From Desulfobacteraceae bacterium (lineage in GTDB: Bacteria > Desulfobacterota > Desulfobacteria > Desulfobacterales > Desulfobacteraceae), in NCBI GenBank assembly GCA_016744295.1, contig JADGEQ010000007.1, positions 127,652-191,651 on the forward strand: a DNA stretch of 64,000 nucleotides, given 5' to 3'. The first letter of the stretch is position 1. Each line of letters begins with the position of its first letter. Positions 17,543 to 25,626 of the stretch are shown here, one piece after another. Position numbers and translations under genes: made by a program. Below the pieces are notes generated by a model, which saw nothing but the letters and a program-made list of their open reading frames with translations, was not told where the DNA came from and ran no database searches.

Positions 17543-18583
17543 ATGAAATATAAAAAAAAAGTGTTGAATATCAATGGATGGGCATTACTTGCTTTGCTGG
17601 GAATGATACTTTTTGTGGCGGCATTTTTATGTATGGGAAGAGGGGCGTGCCAGATCAGTTTTCCCTTGGTTATTAAAACCATATCTTCCCACCTGTTTTC
17701 CCTTCCGGATCTATCCTCAATTTCCAACCTTCATCATACCATTATCTGGAATATCCGACTGCCCAGAACTCTTTTGGCCATTTTGGTCGGGATTTGCCTG
17801 GCCACCTCGGGCACGGTTTTTCAAGGATGTTTTAAAAATCCTCTGGTTGAACCCTATATTCTTGGGATTTCTTCGGGAGCCGCTTTCGGGGCGGCATTGG
17901 GAATTGTTTTCCCTTCTTTTTTTTTGTCGGTTCAGGTGCTGGCTTTTTTTTTCGGATTTCTGGCGGTGGCCATTGCCTGTGGAATGGCCCGTGTGAAGGG
18001 GCAAACTCCAGTGGTCACCCTTGTTCTGGCCGGTATCATCACCGGGTCCATCTTTGGTTCGTTGGTGGGGATACTAAAATATGTGGCCCAGGATTCGGCG
18101 TTGCGCGAGATTGTATTCTGGCTCATGGGTGGCTTTTATTATGCCGGATGGCGGGATTTGGCCCTGCTTTTTCCCATCACCCTGGCAAGTTTTCTGATCA
18201 TCTGGATTTGCGGGTGGAAGATAAATGTGCTGTCCATGGGAGAACAGGAAGCCAGAAGTATGGGGATTAACCCTGAAAAAAGCAAGCTGATACTGATTTG
18301 TCTTGCAACACTGATGACGGCTGCTGCGGTCTCTTTTGTGGGGATCATCGCCTGGGTGGGTCTGATGATTCCCCATGCAACCCGGATGATCACAGGGCCG
18401 GACCATCGTATGGTCATCCCGGCCTCGGCACTGCTGGGGGCAACCTATCTGGTGGTTTGTGATACCATTGCAAGAACCCTTACCGATGCAGAGATCCCCG
18501 TTGGTATCATTACATCCCTTGTGGGGGCTCCCTATCTTTTTTATTTGATCAGAAGCCGGGGACAAAGACTGTTAGGAGGGTAA
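17543..18583 (+). CDS. FecCD/BtuC-family ABC permease (iron-chelate / corrinoid type)
   Basis: The ORF is open from 17489, but that extension runs through the terminator hairpin. The likely start is MKYKKKVLNINGWALLALLG (ATG 17543). Conserved FecCD blocks are present (RLPRTLLAILVGICLATSGTVFQ, NPLVEPYILGISSGAA, IPVGIITSLVGAPYFLYLI-like C-terminus). Confidence 0.9.
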   Translation: MKYKKKVLNINGWALLALLGMILFVAAFLCMGRGACQISFPLVIKTISSHLFSLPDLSSISNLHHTIIWNIRLPRTLLAILVGICLATSGTVFQGCFKNPLVEPYILGISSGAAFGAALGIVFPSFFLSVQVLAFFFGFLAVAIACGMARVKGQTPVVTLVLAGIITGSIFGSLVGILKYVAQDSALREIVFWLMGGFYYAGWRDLALLFPITLASFLIIWICGWKINVLSMGEQEARSMGINPEKSKLILICLATLMTAAAVSFVGIIAWVGLMIPHATRMITGPDHRMVIPASALLGATYLVVCDTIARTLTDAEIPVGIITSLVGAPYLFYLIRSRGQRLLGG

Positions 18584-18586
18584 TAA

Positions 18587-19420
18587 ATGCTGTTGGTTGA
18601 AAATTTAAGTTTCGGATACGGCAGGACAAAGGTGTTGAATGATATCAGTTTTGGTCTGGGGCAAGGAGAACTTTGCGGGCTTTTCGGTCCCAATGGGTCC
18701 GGCAAGACAACCCTTTTCAAGTGTTGTCTGAAATTTCTTTGTCCCGATATGGGCCGCATTTGTTTTAACGGTCAGAATATAAAACAGATGAAAACACGGC
18801 AGATGGCACAGCAGGTTGCCTATGTGCCCCAGAGTCATACACCTCCCTTTCCCTTTCGGGTGGAAGAGATGGTTCTCATGGGAAGGACCCCCCATATGAA
18901 CCGGTTTTATCTGTCGAGTAGCAGGGACAGGAAACTGGCTGCCCGGGCCATGGAACTCATCCATATTTCCCATCTTGCCCGGGAACCCTATGATATTCTT
19001 TCCGGCGGTCAGCAGCAAATGGTGCTCATTGCCAGGGCAATTGCCCAGGATACAGACCTGATATTTTTAGATGAACCAACCTCGGCACTGGATTTTAAAA
19101 ATCAGGTTACCATATGGAAAACCTTGAGGAAAATTGCCGACCAGGGCATTGGTATTCTGGCTTGCAGCCATGATCCCAACCATGTGGCATGGTTCTGCGA
19201 TACCACCGTGGTGCTGGGACCGGCAGGAATGCTTGCCAAGGGAGATCCCAAAGAAGTGATTTCCCAAAACCTGATGGACACCATTTATCCCAATACCTGT
19301 CAGGTGATGGATAATAAAAATTTTAAAATGGTGGTTCCCAGCGACTTGGACAGGAACCCGGTTAAGGTTGTAAAATTTCCATTGAACCCAAAAAGAGGAA
19401 AACTATATGGAATACACTAG
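18587..19420 (+). CDS. ABC transporter ATP-binding protein (FepC/BtuD type)
   Basis: Walker A GPNGSGKTT, signature LSGGQQQMVLIARAI, Walker [13 protein letters not shown]. Confidence 0.9.
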   Translation: MLLVENLSFGYGRTKVLNDISFGLGQGELCGLFGPNGSGKTTLFKCCLKFLCPDMGRICFNGQNIKQMKTRQMAQQVAYVPQSHTPPFPFRVEEMVLMGRTPHMNRFYLSSSRDRKLAARAMELIHISHLAREPYDILSGGQQQMVLIARAIAQDTDLIFLDEPTSALDFKNQVTIWKTLRKIADQGIGILACSHDPNHVAWFCDTTVVLGPAGMLAKGDPKEVISQNLMDTIYPNTCQVMDNKNFKMVVPSDLDRNPVKVVKFPLNPKRGKLYGIH

Positions 19421-20282
19421 GTTAAATTGTAATGAGGTAAATTGGAATGATGAATGGAAACATGAGATGGATCTTTGGCAAAACTCCTCGGGCAAGAGCT
19501 GTAAAGAGTTTTGGGCAGATAAAAAATCTGCGGCGGTTTATTCCCGTGAGCATGTGGAACACCATCAAAAGCGGATCGATAAAACCCTTGAGGGACTTGT
19601 TCTTACCCCCCGCACCCGGGTATTGGATATAGGGGCCGGTCCCGGAAATTTAGCCGTCCCCATGGCAAAACGTGTCCAGAGTGTTACCACCATTGAGCCT
19701 TCAGCCGGAATGAATGCGGTAATGAAAGGGTGCATTGAACGGCAGAAGGTGAAAAATATCATCCCCATTGAGAAAACCTGGGAAGCGGTGGACCCGGATC
19801 TGGACCTTACACCTCCCTATGATCTGGTCATTGCCTCAATGTCCCTTGGGATGCGGGATATCCGGGAGGCCATTGAAAAAATGAATCAGGTGTGCCGTGG
19901 GGAGGTGACCCTGTTCTGGCATGCCGGTATTCCCGGATGGGAAGATATGCCCAAAACACTATGGCCTCAATTATTCGGAACAAAATATCACGGGGGTCCC
20001 AAGAGTGATCTTTTGTTCCAGGTGCTCTACCAGATGGGGATCTATCCTCAGATTGAGGTGTTTCCCAGCCATTTTCATGAAGTTTTTGTGTCAATGGACG
20101 CGGCCTTAACTTTTTATTGCAAACGATTTGACCAGATTCAACCCGTCCATCACCCCATGATTCAATCCTATCTTGAGGAAAAATGCGTAAAAACCCAGGA
20201 GGGATTTGTCCATGGGTTTGATCATATTGCCATGAAGTTTTCCTGGAAAAGCAAAGGAGCTTTCCATGAAAAAGCGGCTTAA
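19407..20282 (+). CDS. class I SAM-dependent methyltransferase embedded in the uptake operon
   Basis: 291 aa with motif I VLDIGAGPGNLAVPMA. It overlaps the ATPase gene by 14 nt and the binding-protein gene by 17 nt. Confidence 0.75.
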   Translation: MEYTRLNCNEVNWNDEWKHEMDLWQNSSGKSCKEFWADKKSAAVYSREHVEHHQKRIDKTLEGLVLTPRTRVLDIGAGPGNLAVPMAKRVQSVTTIEPSAGMNAVMKGCIERQKVKNIIPIEKTWEAVDPDLDLTPPYDLVIASMSLGMRDIREAIEKMNQVCRGEVTLFWHAGIPGWEDMPKTLWPQLFGTKYHGGPKSDLLFQVLYQMGIYPQIEVFPSHFHEVFVSMDAALTFYCKRFDQIQPVHHPMIQSYLEEKCVKTQEGFVHGFDHIAMKFSWKSKGAFHEKAA

Positions 20283-21450
20283 TCTTTGGGTGATGGGGGT
20301 TGTTTTGCTGTGGACAACCTTTTGTTTTGCCCAGGCCCTTGCTGGGGTTGTGGTAACAGATTCCAGGGGTAAATCCATTGAGATTCCCCAGTCTGTTTCC
20401 AGAGTTGTCACCATCAGTGATGGCATGATTGAAGCGGTGATGACCCGGCTGGGAGTGGTGGATAAAATTGTCGGACTAGGATCCAGCTGTATTCCGAAAA
20501 CCTGGGCATACTCATACCCCACCATGGGAAGCCTCACCCATGAGTACCGTGACGGGATGAATCCGGTCACCTATTTGAATCCCGGGCTGGTGAAGCTGCC
20601 CCTGGTGTCAAAATTTGGCGCTGGCATTAATTATGAGAAGGTGGTCGCTCTGGATCCGGACCTGATACTGATCCGTACGGGGTCTTGTTCCCTTTGTACG
20701 GGGGAGGATATCCTTGAAAAAAGTATTTTTTTGCTGGAGTCCTTAGGGATCCCCCTGGTGGTCCTCAAGGGGCCGGATACCTTTGACTCCCCGGATATGG
20801 TTACCATCAGTAATGAAATTTTATTGTTGGGACAGGTGTTTCAACAGCCGGAAGAGGCGGGCAAACTTTCCGATTATCTTGAAAACTGTGTTGAGATGAT
20901 CCGGGAACGCACCGCCGATATTCCACCAGCCCAGCAAAAGAAGCTGCTGCTGCTGGGGCTTTCTCCAAACGCCAGAAGCCAGGGTGGGGCCGGTCATGTC
21001 AAAGGATTAGATACCATTCAGACCTATTTTCTGGATCATTTTGTCCATGCAAAAAATGCCTATGACGGCAGTGGGGCATGGAATATCCTGAATACGGAGC
21101 AACTGCTTTCCCTGGACCCCGATGTCATTGTTCTGGTAACTGCCTGGGGATATCATCCCCCTGTGGAGTTGTATGAAGCCCCCTATTATCAGAGTTTAAA
21201 AGATATGAAGGCAATTGCAAACAAAGCGGTTTCCGCCCTGCCCTGGACACCGTGCAATTGTGAAAAAAGACTGGAGTATCCCATTGATGTCATGGTCATG
21301 GCCAAAACAGCCTATCCGGAACGCTTTAAAGATATTCACCTTGGGCAATGGCTGTTAAACTTTTATCAAAACGTGTACCAGGTGGATGTGAAAACCGCCA
21401 AAGAACTCAGGTCCTGCCAGTGGATGGATTGGGCCTGTGAGGAGCAATAA
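20266..21450 (+). CDS. periplasmic substrate-binding protein, cluster-A/type 8 (iron-siderophore / cobalamin family)
   Basis: 394 aa with a signal peptide (MKKRLNLWVMGVVLLWTTFCFAQALAG), then a typical ...VTDSRGKSIEIPQSVSRVVTIS... beginning and the LDPDLILI block. Confidence 0.85.
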   Translation: MKKRLNLWVMGVVLLWTTFCFAQALAGVVVTDSRGKSIEIPQSVSRVVTISDGMIEAVMTRLGVVDKIVGLGSSCIPKTWAYSYPTMGSLTHEYRDGMNPVTYLNPGLVKLPLVSKFGAGINYEKVVALDPDLILIRTGSCSLCTGEDILEKSIFLLESLGIPLVVLKGPDTFDSPDMVTISNEILLLGQVFQQPEEAGKLSDYLENCVEMIRERTADIPPAQQKKLLLLGLSPNARSQGGAGHVKGLDTIQTYFLDHFVHAKNAYDGSGAWNILNTEQLLSLDPDVIVLVTAWGYHPPVELYEAPYYQSLKDMKAIANKAVSALPWTPCNCEKRLEYPIDVMVMAKTAYPERFKDIHLGQWLLNFYQNVYQVDVKTAKELRSCQWMDWACEEQ

Positions 21451-22104
21451 ATGGAATCTTGTGAAACCCATGCTGCCCGAAAAGCCTTTTTCAATGAAAG
21501 GGCGGATACCTGGCTGGATAAATTGTATAAAAATCCGGATACCGGTGACCATGACCGGTATTCAGAACAGATTAAAACAATTATTGCCCCCCTGAATATC
21601 AAACCGGGGGACCATGTTCTGGATCTGGGATGCGGCAGCGGGGTGCTGGTTCCTTATTTGTTGCGGTATCTTGGCGATGCCGGGCGGTTGTTTGAAATGG
21701 ATTATGCTGAAAAGATGATCGCCCAGAACCAGAAAATTCATGGGGACAACAAAATCACCTTTGTTTGCTCCGATGTCATGGACATGCCCTTTAAAGCCGA
21801 TTTTTTTGATTCAATCGTCTGTTTTGCCTGTTTCCCTCATTTTGAAAACAAGGGGGCTGCATTGGAAAAAATGGCCGGCAGTTTAAAGCAAAACCATCCC
21901 CTGATAATATCCCATCTCATGTCTTCACATGAGATTGCCGGTCACCACAGCAGCGAAACCGCTGTTGCACGAGACCAGCTGCCAACCAGAAGCGAGATGG
22001 AAGATTTTTGTGAAGAAAGCAACTTGTTGATCACCAAATTTATAGATGAACCCGGATTTTATTTTTTATCGGCGAAAAAAAAAGGTGCGCTTAATTTAGG
22101 TTGA
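21451..22104 (+). CDS. class I SAM-dependent methyltransferase (Methyltransf_11-like), second one in the operon
   Basis: 217 aa with motif I VLDLGCGSGVLVPYL and post-I FEMDYAEKM. Its ATG abuts the binding-protein stop (TAAATG). Confidence 0.8.
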   Translation: MESCETHAARKAFFNERADTWLDKLYKNPDTGDHDRYSEQIKTIIAPLNIKPGDHVLDLGCGSGVLVPYLLRYLGDAGRLFEMDYAEKMIAQNQKIHGDNKITFVCSDVMDMPFKADFFDSIVCFACFPHFENKGAALEKMAGSLKQNHPLIISHLMSSHEIAGHHSSETAVARDQLPTRSEMEDFCEESNLLITKFIDEPGFYFLSAKKKGALNLG

Positions 22105-22138
22105 CAACAGCGCAACCAATGAAAGTTTAAACTATAAG

Positions 22139-22220
22139 TTTTTTTTAAAAAAAAGGGGAAAACAGGTGTTGATCCCGCAAAGATTTCAGACACCTGTTTT
22201 CCCGTGCCCTCCAGGGAGGA
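22139..22220 (-). ncRNA. candidate ~80-nt minus-strand small RNA (promoter plus terminator predicted, no other support)
   Basis: The minus strand carries TTGACA (complement of 22251-22256), an 18-nt spacer and TATAGT (complement of 22227-22232). Downstream is a 14-bp hairpin (22156-22169 with 22190-22203), followed on the minus strand by C then T8 (complement of 22147-22154). Confidence 0.3.
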
Positions 22221-22325
22221 CGCTCGACTATATCAGCCATCGTCCTTTCCTGTCAAACGGCATTTAATAAAGGAAAATTCGCTCCGCTTGGGAGTGATTT
22301 CCCATAAAAAGGAGAGGAAAAATTA

Positions 22326-24443
22326 ATGACTGTATTTAAGTTACTATATGGCCTGGGAATTATGCTTGCCTGCACTCTTTTGTGTCATCCCATGACGGCA
22401 ATTGCCGGCCAGTCAGATGGCCCGGCAGAGGTCCAAAAAGATTCTCCGGTTGTGGACCTGGGGGAAATGACGGTCATGGCAGCCCAGCCAGGGGTTGAGA
22501 TCACAACGGAAAAGACGGTGATCACCCTGGATAAGTTTGTTAAACCCGGTTCCTTGACAACGGTGACCGATGTTCTTTCGGAGATCGGAGGGGTGGATGT
22601 CCAACGGGCAAACGCTTTGATGGCAAGCCCCGGGGATGAGGTTTCCATCCGGGGGCTCAATGAGGGACGGATGGTCATCGAGATCGACGGGAGGCGGATC
22701 AACCAGACCGGTCATATGGGGCGATATATTGTGGACTGGTCCACCCTGACCCTGGATGATGTGGACCGGATTGAGATTATCAGGGGAGGGCATTCCGTGC
22801 TTCACCCCTTTGCCATTGGCGGGGTGATCAATATCATTACCAAAAAGGGCAGTAAAACCCAAGAAACCAAGGGCAGTGTTCGTGCAGGATATGGCCGGTA
22901 TAACAGCTGGAACACTGCGGCATCGGTTGATGGCAGTATCGGTAAATATACGGATTTTCATTTTTCCGGGGCCAACCAGGAGAGTGACGGATATTTAAAA
23001 AATAATTTTCAGAAAACCCAGTCCGTTAACGCACATCTAAACATTCATCTGCCCAGCCAAGCAAGTTTTGATCTGGGCGTGAAACACTCCCGAGTCGAGT
23101 ATGGAATGCCCGTTATCAATGATCCCAATGATCCCAATCCAAATGTTGCCGCACTCTATGATTCTGATTACCCCATATTTTCAAGGACCAGTGATCAGCT
23201 GCGGCACTTGAATTGGGCCCAGCTGCCGGGGGAGGATACACCAGAATGGGAAAAAAAAACCACCTACCTGGATGCCATTTTCCGGGTGCCGGTGGGGCCC
23301 GGCACCCTAAAAATTCATGGGTTCATGACCGATGGGCGAAGGTGGACAAGCCTTTACGGGAAAAACGGAGAATTTACCCGGGATGAATTCATGGATGACA
23401 GAACCCAGGGGGTGATCCTTGAATACGGTGATGTCCGTCTTTTTGACAACCATTTGTTTACCTTTGGGATGGAATATCAGGAGCTGGGACAGCCTTCGGG
23501 AACCCGGGCTATTTATAATGTTAAATCAGGATATGTACAAGATATCATCACCCTGGGGTCCAAGTGGACTCTGATCCCCGGGGTCCGATACTATCAGGTG
23601 GACAAAGCCACTTACTACTCCTGGACTGAAATGGGGTATGGGGCCATGCCGCCGGGATGGCCGTTCAGTGTCAGCAATTCAGGGAAAACAGAGACAGACT
23701 CAGATTTTTTCCCCAGCCTGAGAGTGGATTATAAACTTAACCAGGATACCACCCTTTATGCTGCTGCCAGCCGGTCCTACCGGCTGCCCTGTCCCTGAGA
23801 TTATTATTGGTGGGCGCGGTGCGCCTCAGAAACAAATACCTCCCTTGATCCTGAAACGGCAGATGAATATGAAATAGGTGTGATTCACAATATAGGCAAC
23901 TGGGTCAGTCTCAGGGCTTCAACCTGGTATTATGATATCAAAAACTTTATCAATGACAACGGTATTACAGCTCCCGGATCCGGTGCTGGTTCCAATTGCC
24001 TGTACAATATTGACAACCTTGAACTGTATGGGGTTGAGCTGGAAACCGCCTTTCAATTTACCCGCAAATTCAGGGCCACCGCATCCTATGTGTTTCAGGA
24101 ATACAAAGTGAGCCAGACAGGCTATGAGCAGGACTGGAGCTATTATCTGCCGGCCACCCTTCCCAAACACAAGGTGAAGTTGATGGGAAAATATGAAATT
24201 ATCCCAGAGGGCTGGCTTCAGCTAAGCGCAAAATATGTTGGCGCCCGGGGCGCCCAAAAAGGGAGCGAGTTAGATGCCTATGTTGTCTGCGATGCCGGTT
24301 TTGAAAAAAAATTCAAGTATGGCGGTCAGGCCTATTCCATGAATCTTTTTGTGAATAATTTTACGGGAACTAATTATCAAGAGATCAGCGGATATACCAT
24401 GCCAAAATATGTGTGGGGGTTGATGATGGGCATTGAGTTTTAA
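22326..24443 (+). CDS. TonB-dependent outer-membrane receptor, 705 codons, interrupted by one in-frame TGA at 23796-23798 (selenocysteine candidate or nonsense pseudogene)
   Basis: Track ORFs 22326..23798 and 23880..24443 are in the same frame. The 27 codons between them (DYYWWARCASETNTSLDPETADEYEIG) are stop-free and continue the barrel. Signal peptide, TonB-box-like LGEMTVMA, plug domain (VSIRGL...IEIIRGGHSVL), and a C-terminal ...GLMMGIEF with terminal Phe are all present. Confidence 0.8.
23810..23827 (+). promoter_or_regulatory. SECIS-like hairpin downstream of the in-frame TGA
   Basis: GGGCGC (23812-17), loop GGT (23818-20), GCGCCT (23821-26). T23811 is unpaired, and G23810 can pair with C23827. 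Confidence 0.35.
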
Positions 24444-24605
24444 CGGGACTGGCCCTCGTCTGCCAAAAAAAGATGTGAAAAGAAATGGATTTTAAATTTA
24501 CAGAATTTTTTGATAAGATTTCCATATTGTCTGCGATATCGAGCAACTCCTGGAAAATCATTCTTTCGGCAAGTTTAAAATGATAATTGTCATAAAAGAC
24601 CATCC

Positions 24606-24635
24606 TTGACTCAGGTCAATGCAATGGTCTATACT
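24606..24635 (+). promoter_or_regulatory. possible sigma70 promoter of the sucrose operon
   Basis: TTGACT (24606-11), 18-nt spacer, TATACT (24630-35), about 100 nt upstream of the fructokinase ATG. Confidence 0.4.
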
Positions 24636-24732
24636 CAGTATACAGAAAAATCTTCGATTTATGCAGTCATCAAAAAGAAAGAAAACAGTAAAAGCTCCTT
24701 TTTGAATTGTTTTTTTTCAAATTAGGTCAGCA

Positions 24733-25626
24733 ATGATTCTTGTTATAGGCGAAATACTCTTTGATCTGTTTGGCGACAACAAAAAGTTAGGTGGGGCACC
24801 CTTTAACTTTGCCTTTCATTTGAAGAAAATGGGATTTCCAGTCCGGTTTGTTTCCCGGGTGGGCAAGGATACGCTTGGCAGGGAAATTTTATATTTTTTA
24901 AAGCAGCATCAATTTGATTTATCCGATATTCAAACAGATCCGGATCATGATACCGGTACGGTTACGGTGACCATGTCCCATGAAAGTCACACGTTTACCA
25001 TAACACCGGATACGGCTTGGGCCCATCTTGCCTTTGACAGGAGGCTTTCATCCCTTTTAAAGCAATCTTGCGATCTTCTTTATTTTGGTAGCCTTATCCA
25101 GCACAGCAAAACGGGAATGGCCCTGATTCAAAAGGTAATGGGCCAAAAACAATCAGGGACAACGGTTTTTTGTGATCTTAATCTACGCCCGGGATTCTAT
25201 GACCCTGGGGGTATCAATGCGGTCCTCAGGGCTTCGGATATCCTTAAATTGAGCAGGGAAGAATGGCTGGAAATCCCAGGCATGAGCGGTGGTGAAACAC
25301 TGAACAGGGAAACCATGGGCCCGTTCATGGCAGCCCATGACCTTGAATTGATTGTTTTGACGCTTGGAAGTCTTGGCAGTCAATGGATTACCCGTAAAAA
25401 AAACCATTTTCACCCCCCTCATTCACTGGAAAAGGTTGTGGATACAGTCGGCGCAGGGGATGCCTATGCCGCCCTATCCGCAGCCGGATGGCTGGAAAAG
25501 CTGCCCATTGAAACCATCATGAACCTTGCCAGTGAATTTGCAGGGCACATTTGCGGGATCAAAGGGGCGTTGCCGGAAGATGATCGTATCTATAATGATT
25601 TCAGACTGAGGATACAAAAAAAATGA
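24733..25626 (+). CDS. PfkB-family carbohydrate kinase (fructokinase-like)
   Basis: 297 aa with an N-terminal IGEILFDLF...GGAPFNFAFH and a C-terminal DTVGAGDAYAA motif. Confidence 0.85.
   Translation: MILVIGEILFDLFGDNKKLGGAPFNFAFHLKKMGFPVRFVSRVGKDTLGREILYFLKQHQFDLSDIQTDPDHDTGTVTVTMSHESHTFTITPDTAWAHLAFDRRLSSLLKQSCDLLYFGSLIQHSKTGMALIQKVMGQKQSGTTVFCDLNLRPGFYDPGGINAVLRASDILKLSREEWLEIPGMSGGETLNRETMGPFMAAHDLELIVLTLGSLGSQWITRKKNHFHPPHSLEKVVDTVGAGDAYAALSAAGWLEKLPIETIMNLASEFAGHICGIKGALPEDDRIYNDFRLRIQKK

Noticed and set aside
18074-18565. 163-aa minus-strand ORF, with neighbours 18139..18417 and 17717..18004, opposite the permease
   Set aside because: They are antisense to a conserved polytopic permease. 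Their Gly/Pro/His-rich, nonsense-like composition does not look like a real protein.
22413-22961. 182-aa minus-strand ORF, with 22385..22702, opposite the receptor plug domain
   Set aside because: These are shadow ORFs inside a strongly supported plus-strand TonB-dependent receptor gene, with no motifs.
24385-24603. 72-aa minus-strand ORF in the receptor / fructokinase spacer
   Set aside because: Its C-terminal third is antisense to the receptor 3' end. It has no RBS and no motif I recognise. I kept only the plus-strand promoter candidate in this spacer.
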